Of a stretch of 14,740 bases of DNA, positions 1-8,132 are shown in pieces. This stretch comes from a bacterium (lineage in GTDB: Bacteria; RBG-13-61-14; DATKZS01). The position numbers and the translations under genes were made by a program. The notes beneath the pieces are model-generated. The model saw only the letters and a list, made by a program, of their open reading frames with translations. It was not told the origin of the DNA and made no database searches. Numbering within the stretch: the first letter of the stretch is position 1; each line of letters starts with the position of its first letter. The DNA lies in NCBI GenBank assembly GCA_046484135.1, contig JAWOBU010000100.1, positions 1-14,740 on the forward strand, read 5' to 3'.

Positions 1-41
1 GTGCGTACCCTCGTTACCCTTCCGGTGATCACTTTGATGGC

Positions 42-3000
42 TCACCTGCTTTTTTTCTGAGTTGTACCCGATCTGCAAACTTTTCCAACAGATACCGGCT
101 CACACAGGGCCTGGGCCTCGCTTGCCGCTGCCTTGGCCTGGGACACTGAGTCGGGTATGTCCTTGGGCCCCTGGCAGGCGCCTGCCAGGAAAACCCCGGA
201 GGTGGGCGTGGACACCGGCCCCAGCTTGGGGTGCTCTTCCATAAAGAAGCCGTCCTTGCTCAAGGTCAGCCCGAAGGTCCGCGCTATATCCGGCGCGTCC
301 TTTCTCGCCTCCATGGCCGTACACAGGACCACCATCTCGACCGGGACCCGCAACATCTTGCCGGTAAGGGTGTCCTCCGCCTTGACCACCAGCATGCCTT
401 CTTCCTCGGGGGACTCCGCCTGGTCCGTAACCTCCGAAGCTTTGCCACGTATGAACCTGACCCCTTCCTCCTGGATGCGCTGGTAAAACTCCTCGTAGCC
501 CTTGCCGAAGCAGCGCATATCTATATAGAAGTTATAAACCTGGGTCTCATGCCCGCACTTGTCTTTGACCAGGTGGGCCATTTTGAGTGCGTACATGCAG
601 CAGACGCGGGAGCAGTACTCGTGGTAGTTCTTGTCCCTGCTTCCGATGCAATGGAGGAACGCCACGCTCTGAGGGGGGTCGCTGTACCCCCACTTGTCTT
701 CCGGGTCCTTTTTGAGTATCTCGCCGGAGGTTGGCCCGGTTGCATTGGAGAGCCTTTCGAACTCGAGGTTGGTAATGACGTTGGGGTATTTCGAGTATCC
801 GTACTGCTCCATGGGGGTGGGGTCCATGGCATCGAAGCCGGTGGCCACGATGATGGAGCCCACGTCCAGGTCCACGACCTGGTCGGTCTGAGTGTGATCA
901 ATGGCATGGGCCTCGCAGGCGGTCTCGCAGAGCTTGCATTCGCAACATACCCCGCAGGAGACGCACCTCGCGGCCTCCGCCCGGGCCGCTTCTTCAGTAA
1001 AGGCTTGTTCAACCTCGTCGAACCCCTTGATGCGTTCGGCCGGCTCGAGCTCGGGCGGGACGGCCCGGTTGGCTTTTTCCAGGTCATCGGGAATCTCTCC
1101 CCAGTTATCTCCGTGAGGCCGTTCCGGTCTTCCTTCCACCAGGTCTTCGCCTCGCAGGTAGCGGTCAATGGATATGGCGGCTTCCTTGCCCGCGGCCACG
1201 GCCTCCACCACCAGGGCCGGGCCGGTATAAAGGTCTCCGCCCGCGAACACGCCGGGCTTGCTGGTCTGCATGGTTATCGGGTCCGCGACCATGAGCCCAC
1301 GCGAGGTGGTCTCGATTCCGTCCACTCCCCGGATGCAGGCGAGGTCCGGCCGCTGACCGATGGCCGGGATCAGGGTGTCCACGTCCATGGTTTCCGTCTC
1401 GCCCTCGACGGGTACGGGCCGGCGCCGTCCGGAGTCGTCCGGCTCGCCGAGCTCCATCTTCTGGACCTCGATCTGTTTCAGTTTTCCGTTCTGGTCTGCC
1501 ATCGCTTTTATGGGGGTGGCCAGGAAATGGAACTCGACCCCTTCCTGCTCCGCGGCCACGATCTCCGCGGCGTTGGCGGGCATCTCTTGCCGGGTGCGGC
1601 GGTAAAGTACGGTTACCTTGTCCGCTCCCACGCGCAGGGAAGTGCGGGCCGCGTCTATGGCGGAGTTGCCGCCTCCGACCACCACCACGTGTTTGCCGAC
1701 CTCGGCTTTGCCTTCCAGGTTCTGCTTTCGAAGGAAAGTGATGGCGTTTATCACTCCCTCCGAGTCCTCGCCCTCGATGCCCAGGCTCATGTCGTGGTGG
1801 GCGCCGGTTGCGAGGAACACCGCCTTGTAGCCCTCTTTCAACAGGCTGTCTATATTATTCGTCTCGCACACGGGGGTGTCGGTTTTGATCTCGACTCCCA
1901 TGCGGCGGACGTACTCGAGCTCGCGGTCGAGCTCGTCAGGGGGCAGGCGGTAATCGGGTATGCCGGTCCGCAGCATGCCGCCGGGTTCAGAGAGCGCCTC
2001 GAAGATGGTGGGATGATACCCTTCGCGCGCCAGGAAGTAAGCGCATGCAATTCCACCGGGGCCGGAGCCCACAATGGCCACCTTTTCCTCCGGTGGTTTC
2101 TCTTCTATCTCGGGGAGGGGGAAAGTGCTCCAGTCCACCTGGTCGGTTGCAAAGCGCTTGAGAGCGCGGATAGCGAGGGGGCTGTCCACGTCCGCCCTTC
2201 TGCAGGCCTGCTCGCACGGCGCGGGGCACACCCGGCCCAGCACTCCTGGGAGGGGCAGGTTCTCGAGCATGATCTTGACTGCCTGCTGGTAGTTGCCTTC
2301 CTTTATCATGGTCACGTAGCCCTGCACGTTGGTCCCGGCCGGACAGGTCTGTACGCACGGTCCGCGGTCCCTTTTGTCAATGGCGTAGTTGATGGGCACT
2401 GCCTGGGGGAAGGGCCGATAGATGGCCTGTCGGAGCTTGGTCCCCACGTCCCATTCGTTGGGCAGGGACACGGGACATACCTTGGCGCACTCTCCGCAGC
2501 CGGTACACTTGGTGGCGTCCACGTACTGGGCGTGTTTTCTGACGCGGGCGGTGAAGTTTCCCACAAATCCGCTGACCTCTTCTACCTCGGAGTGGGAGAG
2601 GATTTCGATGTTGGGATGCTGTCCGGTGGACACGAGCTTGGGTGTCCCGATACAGGAGGCGCAGTCCATGGTGGGGAAGGTTTTATCGTACTGGAGCATG
2701 TGCCCGCCGATGGTGCCCTGCCGCTCGACCAGGTAGACCTTGTAGCCGGCGGCAGCCACGTCCAGGGACGCCTGGATGCCTGCTATGCCTCCTCCCACCA
2801 CCAGGGTGTTCGGGTTTACCGGGAAGGTCTGGGAGTGGAGGTCGGTCTGGAACCTGACCCGGTTTATGCCCGCGCGGGAGAGCTCCTTGGCTTTGGCGGT
2901 GGCCTCGTCTTCATTCGGTGTTACCCAGGAGACGTGCTCGCGCACGCACACGTGGTGGAAGGCCCGGAAGGGGTTCAGCCCCGCCCTCTGGCACGCCGAT

Positions 3001-3257
3001 CTGAAGGTATGCTCGTGCATGCGGGGCGAGCAGGATGCGACCACCACCCGGGTCAGGTTGTACTCGTTTACGTCGTTGATAATGAGGTCCTGTCCCGGGT
3101 CCGAGCACATGAAGAGGTAGTCGCGGGACACCACCACGCCCGGCAGATGGGATATGTACTCGGCAACCTCTTCGCATCTCACCTTGAAGGCGATGTTTAT
3201 CCCGCAGTGGCAGATGTAAAAACCGATTCTTTCTTCTTGTAATGAAATCTCGCTCAT
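42..3257 (-). CDS. hdrA: HdrL-type heterodisulfide reductase subunit A-like flavoprotein with GltD-like NAD(P)H-oxidoreductase insertion; C-terminus appears truncated/chimeric
   Basis: HdrA N-terminus ([22 protein letters not shown]), FAD motif [18 protein letters not shown], ferredoxin [12 protein letters not shown]. Inserted GltD-like module ([41 protein letters not shown]). HdrA core resumes with [37 protein letters not shown] overlaps the upstream stop. The last ~20 codons do not resemble HdrA. Confidence 0.93.
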   Translation of the reverse strand: MSEISLQEERIGFYICHCGINIAFKVRCEEVAEYISHLPGVVVSRDYLFMCSDPGQDLIINDVNEYNLTRVVVASCSPRMHEHTFRSACQRAGLNPFRAFHHVCVREHVSWVTPNEDEATAKAKELSRAGINRVRFQTDLHSQTFPVNPNTLVVGGGIAGIQASLDVAAAGYKVYLVERQGTIGGHMLQYDKTFPTMDCASCIGTPKLVSTGQHPNIEILSHSEVEEVSGFVGNFTARVRKHAQYVDATKCTGCGECAKVCPVSLPNEWDVGTKLRQAIYRPFPQAVPINYAIDKRDRGPCVQTCPAGTNVQGYVTMIKEGNYQQAVKIMLENLPLPGVLGRVCPAPCEQACRRADVDSPLAIRALKRFATDQVDWSTFPLPEIEEKPPEEKVAIVGSGPGGIACAYFLAREGYHPTIFEALSEPGGMLRTGIPDYRLPPDELDRELEYVRRMGVEIKTDTPVCETNNIDSLLKEGYKAVFLATGAHHDMSLGIEGEDSEGVINAITFLRKQNLEGKAEVGKHVVVVGGGNSAIDAARTSLRVGADKVTVLYRRTRQEMPANAAEIVAAEQEGVEFHFLATPIKAMADQNGKLKQIEVQKMELGEPDDSGRRRPVPVEGETETMDVDTLIPAIGQRPDLACIRGVDGIETTSRGLMVADPITMQTSKPGVFAGGDLYTGPALVVEAVAAGKEAAISIDRYLRGEDLVEGRPERPHGDNWGEIPDDLEKANRAVPPELEPAERIKGFDEVEQAFTEEAARAEAARCVSCGVCCECKLCETACEAHAIDHTQTDQVVDLDVGSIIVATGFDAMDPTPMEQYGYSKYPNVITNLEFERLSNATGPTSGEILKKDPEDKWGYSDPPQSVAFLHCIGSRDKNYHEYCSRVCCMYALKMAHLVKDKCGHETQVYNFYIDMRCFGKGYEEFYQRIQEEGVRFIRGKASEVTDQAESPEEEGMLVVKAEDTLTGKMLRVPVEMVVLCTAMEARKDAPDIARTFGLTLSKDGFFMEEHPKLGPVSTPTSGVFLAGACQGPKDIPDSVSQAKAAASEAQALCEPVSVGKVCRSGTTQKKSR

Positions 3258-3267
3258 AAAAGACCTC

Positions 3268-4407
3268 TCATTCCACTGACTGATATAACAGCTCAGCCAC
3301 GTCCATGATCCGCATGTCGTCCTCTTCCATGCCCATGGCGGTCAGGGCGTCCTCGAACATGATCATGCAGAACGGACAGGCCGTAGCAATAACCTGGGCT
3401 CCCGCTTCCTGGGCCTCCTTCACCCTTAGCACGCTGAAGCGCTTTTCTTTCTCGACCTCGGTCCATATGCCGCCTCCGCCCCCGGCGCAGCAGAGGCTGT
3501 ACCTGCGGTTGCGGGGAAACTCGATGAACTCGAGGCCGGGTATGCTTTTGAGCACCTGGCGGGGTTCTTCGTAAATCCCGTTATGACGTCCCAGGTAACA
3601 GGGATCGTGATATGCCACCTTGAGGGGTACTTCCTTTGTCGGCTTGAGTTGTCCCTGTTCGATCAGGTCATTGAACACCTGGGTGTAATGACGGGCGTTG
3701 TAAGCTTCCGAGTAGTGTTTCCTGAACATGTTCATGCAATGCGGAGAAGTGGCGATTATATTTTTTACTCCTTTCGAGCTGAACAGCTCGGTGTTCGCTG
3801 CTTCGAGGTTCATGAAGACCTCGACCCCTCCGCACTTGTGGGCCTGGTCCCCGCAGCAGCTCTCCTCGGTGCCGATGATCCCCATGGACACGCCTGCATG
3901 AAGCAGAAGCAAGGCCATCTCCTGTAACACCTTTTTGTTCCTGGCGTCGTAGGCGTGAGTGCAACAGGCGTAAAACAGGTTTTGAGTGTTCTCGGAGAGC
4001 TCGGGCATGTTGAGTTCCTTGGCCCAGTCGGCGCGCTCGTCGCGGGCGTATCCCCAGGGGTTCCCATCGTTTCTGAGGCTTCCGAAGGGCGCGCGGAAGT
4101 GAGGAGGAACGATTCCTCCCTCTACCATCATTCCGCGGGCGGAACGAATGACGTCCACGCCGTCCACCCCGCGGGGACAACGGTCCACGCAGGTCCCGCA
4201 GGTTACGCATTTCCAGAGGCTGTCCTGCTCGTACCCCTCGATTCCGAGGCTGACCAGCCTTAATAGCTCGCGGGGGCTGAACTCGTCCACCAGGTTCCAC
4301 GGACACACCGCTGTGCAGGTGCCGCATTGGATGCAGATTTTCATGGTTTCGCCGCCGACTTCCATTACCGCGTCGGGGATTTCCAGCATGGGAGCTGTTG
4401 CGCTCAT
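3268..4407 (-). CDS. HdrD-like Fe-S oxidoreductase (HdrC-like 2x[4Fe-4S] domain plus two CCG domains)
   Basis: CIQCGTCTAVCP and CVTCGTCVDRCP; CCG-domain motifs ESCCG, TSPHC, YHDPCYLGR, LCCAGGGG, TACPFC; RBS AGGAG; 10 nt from the hdrA start. Confidence 0.92.
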   Translation of the reverse strand: MSATAPMLEIPDAVMEVGGETMKICIQCGTCTAVCPWNLVDEFSPRELLRLVSLGIEGYEQDSLWKCVTCGTCVDRCPRGVDGVDVIRSARGMMVEGGIVPPHFRAPFGSLRNDGNPWGYARDERADWAKELNMPELSENTQNLFYACCTHAYDARNKKVLQEMALLLLHAGVSMGIIGTEESCCGDQAHKCGGVEVFMNLEAANTELFSSKGVKNIIATSPHCMNMFRKHYSEAYNARHYTQVFNDLIEQGQLKPTKEVPLKVAYHDPCYLGRHNGIYEEPRQVLKSIPGLEFIEFPRNRRYSLCCAGGGGGIWTEVEKEKRFSVLRVKEAQEAGAQVIATACPFCMIMFEDALTAMGMEEDDMRIMDVAELLYQSVE

Positions 4408-4437
4408 CTTATAATCTCCTCGTTCCCTGTATTCTTT

Positions 4438-5304
4438 TTACATGCTCTCCCGGTCGGGGGGACATATGTTGCTGATGTTCAGCAAGTGGGAGACGTGCTC
4501 GGTCTTCTCCATGTCGTAAAGAAGCATGTGCCTTACCAGCTTTATAAACGAGTCCCTCCTGGAAGGATGTTCCACGTATTTGCCGTGCCGGAGTATGGTC
4601 GCGTCTTTAAAGGAGTCCTCGTACACCCGGGTCGGCTCCAGGGGGCCGACCGACAAAAGCAGGGGAATCCGGTTCCAGTCCTTGTTTCTGCGGAGCGTCA
4701 GGAGTATGCGGTTTCCTTCCTTGTTGTACATGTTGATGTTCAGGAAAATGAGGTCGGGTCGGCTCTCGTTTAAATGCTTGATGGTGCTGTCATAGTTGTT
4801 CGCGATTTCGACATTTTCGAACCGGGCTTCCTGAAGGATGGTCATTACACAGAAGGTGATGTCCGGGTCGTCGTCTATGACCAGTAACCTTTTGTCTAGA
4901 AGCTTCTTTTCTATCTCGCGGTCCAGGATGCTCTCCCATTCCAGGTCCATCTCTTCAGTCGGAACATAGTAACCGGTCACAGCATTCAACTCCTTTGCCA
5001 GGGTTTTTTCCGGCTGGACGCCGGAGAAGCGCTTCAGCTCCGAGCCGTCCTTCATTATCACCACCGTGGGCAGGTTATGGATGTCAAACTCCGACTTGGC
5101 CACCGGCACATTATCCACGTCCACGCTGCCGAAAGAGACTTTCTCTTTAAAGAGAGTTGCCACCCTTCCGGTAACGCTGTTTTGAATGTTGCATGCCGCG
5201 GACCACGGCACTCCGAAGGTCAGCAGGGTTACGCCCTTGTGAGACCTCATTCGGAAGTAAGATTCGGGGTCGGTCAGGAAATTCAATGCTTGCATTTCAG
5301 TCAT
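4438..5304 (-). CDS. Thioredoxin-fold domain (WSAAC) fused to an atypical (pseudo-)receiver domain
   Basis: N-half matches the thioredoxin pattern (LLTFGVPWSAAC...VDVD...FDIHNLPT...KDG...RFSG). C-half matches the REC pattern (RLLVIDDD...RPDLIFLNINM...RIPLLL). RBS GGGAG. Confidence 0.85.
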   Translation of the reverse strand: MTEMQALNFLTDPESYFRMRSHKGVTLLTFGVPWSAACNIQNSVTGRVATLFKEKVSFGSVDVDNVPVAKSEFDIHNLPTVVIMKDGSELKRFSGVQPEKTLAKELNAVTGYYVPTEEMDLEWESILDREIEKKLLDKRLLVIDDDPDITFCVMTILQEARFENVEIANNYDSTIKHLNESRPDLIFLNINMYNKEGNRILLTLRRNKDWNRIPLLLSVGPLEPTRVYEDSFKDATILRHGKYVEHPSRRDSFIKLVRHMLLYDMEKTEHVSHLLNISNICPPDRESM

Positions 5305-5349
5305 TGCATTTATCTCCCTCTTTTGAATTCATGGCTTGTTTTTTATTGT

Positions 5350-5366
5350 GGCAATAGCCGTGCCAG
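5350..5366 (-). promoter_or_regulatory. Sigma-54 (-24/-12) promoter for the trx-REC/hdrD/hdrA operon
   Basis: Minus strand reads CTGGCACGGCTATTGCC, a match to TGGCACG-N4-TTGC, 45 nt upstream of the ATG at 5304. Confidence 0.88.
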
Positions 5367-5456
5367 CCGTTTGCAGAAACCGGAATTGCGTACCGGCCAA
5401 GGTCAGTAAATAAACGGGTATAGGGATAAAACCATTAGGAGAGCAGGATTTACGGC

Positions 5457-5492
5457 AAAAAGGCCGGCACGCGCCAAACCACCCGCCCGGCC
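5457..5492 (-). terminator. Possible intrinsic terminator downstream of the OYE gene
   Basis: Minus strand GGCCGG...CCGGCC followed by TTTTT; the inner stem is imperfect. Confidence 0.35.
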
Positions 5493-5624
5493 ATTTACGT
5501 TTTGTATAATAAAGGAAAGTTGTTACGGAACAGAACAGGTTTTGCAACTGTTACCTGTTATTCAACAGTAACGTTCTGCTTTTCTCATATCGCGTCTTTT
5601 GAACATAATGACGGGTTCAATCTC

Positions 5625-7535
5625 TCAATACTTGAGAGAAAGCTCGTACCCCTCTTTGACCGCGGAGTAGATGTCGCGGGGATCTCTTTCGTCGCCGATT
5701 ACCTCTGTCTTCGATACCTTGGCCGCGATTTCTTCGGGAGGCCCTTCCCCCGGCAGCATGCCCGCGCACAGTATGACGGTGTCAAAGGGAGGCAGCATTT
5801 GTTCCGAGTCTCCGTTCTTTATTTTTACTCCTTCCGGGAAAAACTCCAGCACCGTGGTGAGCGGCAAGAGGGAGACGTTGGGCATCTTTGATATCCGGGC
5901 CAGGCACAGGTTTTTACTGATGGGCTCCATGTAGCTTCCCAGGGCGTCGGTGCGCTTGGTGGCTGCCACCTGATAACCCTGTTTGCCCAGTCTCTCCGCC
6001 AGCTCGAGCCCGTTCCTTCCAGCGCCGATTACGAGCACTCTTTTGCCTTTCACCTTTTCCTGGTTTTCGAACGCCTCGGGGCAGGTGATAAGATGGACCT
6101 TGTCCATGCCGGGATAAAAGGGCATCTTGGGTTTTGCGCCGGTCGCCCATACCAACAGGTCGGGCTTTATCTTACGCACCAGTTCGAGGTCAACCTTATG
6201 CGATAAAAGGACCTCCATGCCTTCCGGAGCGTCCTGGCAAAAGAAGTCGTGGATCGGCTTTTCCATGTTTTCTTTGCCGGGCGAAAGGGGGGCAAGGGGG
6301 GCCATGCCTCCCAGGTCTTCCGATTCCTCGGCCAGGGTTGCCCGGTGGCCGCGAGAAGCAAGGTAACGGCCCGCGGAAACGCCCGCGGGTCCTCCGCCCG
6401 CTACCAGCACGGTTAAAGTCTCGTCGCTATCCTGGAGATCGGGTTCTGCCACCCGCGGGTTAAAGTTGCACCCGATGCCCGAGCCGTCCTTTACATGGAC
6501 CAGGCACCCCTGCAAGCAGTAGCCGCAACGCTGTACCGCTTTTTTATCAGCGCCCTCCCATTTGGATATCAGGTCCGGATCGGCTATGAGCGGTCTGCCC
6601 AAGGCTATAAGGTCGGCAAGCCCCCTGGACATCATCCTCGTGCACCTCTCTTGCGAGCCCATCCTTCCCGCGACAACGCAGGGAACCTGTACTGATTGTT
6701 TAAGCCGTTCCAGGGCCTTCTCCTGCGGCTCGAAGGGCAGAGACATGTGATGGAAGTACCAGGGAGGAGAGAAGCAGGATGATCCCATGCCTACGTGGAG
6801 GGCGTTTATCCCCGCCTGTTCGGCTGTCTTGACCGCGGCGTCAATGTCCTTTGCCGGCGTGCTTTTGGCAGGCGCCATCTCGTCTCCGGACACGCGCAGG
6901 ATGATGGCCAGGCCGGAGGCACTCTCGATAATCCGGTCTAACACTTCTCGAAGGAGCAGGGTCCGATCATTTCCGTACTCGTCATCGCGTTTGTTGATCT
7001 CCGGGTTTATGAACTGCGAAAGCAGGTATCCGTGTCCGGCCTGAAGCTCGAGGGCGTCAAAGCCGGCGGACTTGGCTTTCCGGGCCGCGTCCCCGAACCC
7101 GTCAATTATTTCTTGAATCTCCTCCTTGGAAAGGGGATGAACCTCGGCGCCGGTAGAGGGACAGGTGAACGCGGAAGCAGAGCGGGGAGAGGCGCTGATA
7201 ACTTTGGGGTTTGCCGCTCCTCCGGCGTGGTTCAGATGAAGACATGCCTTTCTGTGGTTTTCGTGGATGAGTTCGACAAGCTTTTTCAGTTCATCCGCAG
7301 AGGTGTCATTAGTGATCTGGAGCTGCTTGGGATGCTCTCGGCCTTCAGGGGTCACGGAGACCGGCTCCAGTATGATGAGTGCCGGGCCATTTCTGGAGAT
7401 GCTGTTATAAAAGTTGCGGTGCCGGTCCGTAACTTCTCCTGACGGGGTGCCGAGGGCTGTCTTAATGGGCGGAAACACGAAACGGTTTTTAAGCTCCATG
7501 GCTCCGATACGAAAAGAAGAAAACAACTTCTCCAT
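5625..7535 (-). CDS. NADH:flavin oxidoreductase, Old Yellow Enzyme family with Fe-S and FAD/NAD domains (2,4-dienoyl-CoA reductase/BaiCD-like architecture)
   Basis: LKNRFVFPP, GFDALELQAGHGYLLSQF, NKRDDEYG, GRPLIADP, Fe-S motif CGYCLQGC-X11-C, GGGPAG, GAGRNG; RBS AAGGAG. Confidence 0.93.
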   Translation of the reverse strand: MEKLFSSFRIGAMELKNRFVFPPIKTALGTPSGEVTDRHRNFYNSISRNGPALIILEPVSVTPEGREHPKQLQITNDTSADELKKLVELIHENHRKACLHLNHAGGAANPKVISASPRSASAFTCPSTGAEVHPLSKEEIQEIIDGFGDAARKAKSAGFDALELQAGHGYLLSQFINPEINKRDDEYGNDRTLLLREVLDRIIESASGLAIILRVSGDEMAPAKSTPAKDIDAAVKTAEQAGINALHVGMGSSCFSPPWYFHHMSLPFEPQEKALERLKQSVQVPCVVAGRMGSQERCTRMMSRGLADLIALGRPLIADPDLISKWEGADKKAVQRCGYCLQGCLVHVKDGSGIGCNFNPRVAEPDLQDSDETLTVLVAGGGPAGVSAGRYLASRGHRATLAEESEDLGGMAPLAPLSPGKENMEKPIHDFFCQDAPEGMEVLLSHKVDLELVRKIKPDLLVWATGAKPKMPFYPGMDKVHLITCPEAFENQEKVKGKRVLVIGAGRNGLELAERLGKQGYQVAATKRTDALGSYMEPISKNLCLARISKMPNVSLLPLTTVLEFFPEGVKIKNGDSEQMLPPFDTVILCAGMLPGEGPPEEIAAKVSKTEVIGDERDPRDIYSAVKEGYELSLKY

Positions 7536-7612
7536 TTCTTACTCCTTGAACGGCTTTTCCTTGAAACAACCTCTTTCAAGATTAGATATTTATCTTTCAT
7601 GTCCTCATTTGA

Positions 7613-7648
7613 TTTCCGGGGGAGCCCTTAGCAGGGCTCCCCCGGAAA
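7613..7648. other. Perfect 16-bp GC-rich stem-loop between the small ORF and the OYE gene (putative mRNA stabiliser/attenuator)
   Basis: TTTCCGGGGGAGCCCT-TAGC-AGGGCTCCCCCGGAAA; no U-tract follows it on the minus (coding) strand. Confidence 0.8.
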
Positions 7649-7666
7649 ACAGGAGGAAGAGACGCC

Positions 7667-7840
7667 TCAGTCATCCCGGGTAAAGGCGAAATGTTCGTCT
7701 CCGCATTTCCAGCACCCCTGCTGGGCAAAGTCCCTGGTGGGGTCCACCTCTTCATCGCAAAGCCAGCGGTTGCCTTCCGGGTCTGTTACCACGATCATTT
7801 TCTCCGGATTGTTTTCGTTTACCATAATGTCCTCTTCCAT
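7667..7840 (-). CDS. Small acidic 57-aa protein with 3 Cys (C-X14-CxxC), function unknown; absent from the ORF track
   Basis: MEEDIMVNENNPEKMIVVTDPEGNRWLCDEEVDPTRDFAQQGCWKCGDEHFAFTRDD*. Strong RBS AAAGGAGG 6 nt before the ATG (alternative ATG at 7825), its own sigma-54 promoter and a downstream stem-loop. Confidence 0.82.
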   Translation of the reverse strand: MEEDIMVNENNPEKMIVVTDPEGNRWLCDEEVDPTRDFAQQGCWKCGDEHFAFTRDD

Positions 7841-7912
7841 GGCAGGCCTCCTTTCAAACCGGCTAAAAGTGTTGAATGGTTATCAATCAACTCCTACGCT
7901 ACCCATAAGCCT

Positions 7913-7928
7913 TGCATATCCGGTGCCG
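7913..7928 (-). promoter_or_regulatory. Sigma-54 (-24/-12) promoter for the small protein/OYE transcript
   Basis: Minus strand CGGCACCGGATATGCA: GG-N10-GC spacing with GGCAC and TGCA. Confidence 0.78.
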
Positions 7929-7967
7929 CCGGTAGTAAATTGAAGATTTTTATTAAAAGCGTATATA

Positions 7968-7980
7968 TATCAAGGTGTTG
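7968..7980 (+). promoter_or_regulatory. Putative IHF binding site
   Basis: TATCAAGGTGTTG is an exact match to WATCAANNNNTTR, preceded by an AT-rich tract, and lies between the sigma-54 promoter and the candidate enhancer sites. Confidence 0.7.
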
Positions 7981-8033
7981 GAGTAAAGGTCCTTATTCTG
8001 GTTTCAAGACCTGTCTGAATAAAAACGCAAGAT

Positions 8034-8083
8034 AAATGCATTTTGCAACTAAGGGAGACTTCAAAAGGTAGCCATTTGCAACA
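8034..8083. promoter_or_regulatory. Tandem imperfect palindromes, candidate upstream activator sequences for the adjacent sigma-54 activator
   Basis: AATGCA-TTT-TGCAAC (8035-8049) and GTAGCC-ATT-TGCAAC (8068-8082), both near GTTGCA-N3-TGCAAC, 33 bp apart and about 110-155 bp upstream of the -24 element. Confidence 0.65.
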
Positions 8084-8132
8084 GGAGAGGGGAAGAAAGC
8101 GCTGGATAAATCCTTATATCTGGCCGGTTCTT

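Noticed and set aside
42..44. Selenocysteine readthrough of the hdrA TGA
   Set aside because: Homology is already lost 20 codons earlier, and the usual HdrA Sec position (DCASC) is Cys here.
1..104. Group II intron (GTGCG at position 1; GAGCCGG hairpin on the minus strand)
   Set aside because: The two signals are on opposite strands and the hairpin does not fit domain V/VI structure.
231..3242. 1003-aa plus-strand ORF
   Set aside because: Antisense shadow of hdrA in GC-rich DNA; no recognisable motifs.
7352..7600. 82-aa minus-strand ORF MKDKYLILK
   Set aside because: Mostly overlaps the OYE gene out of frame; no motif support.
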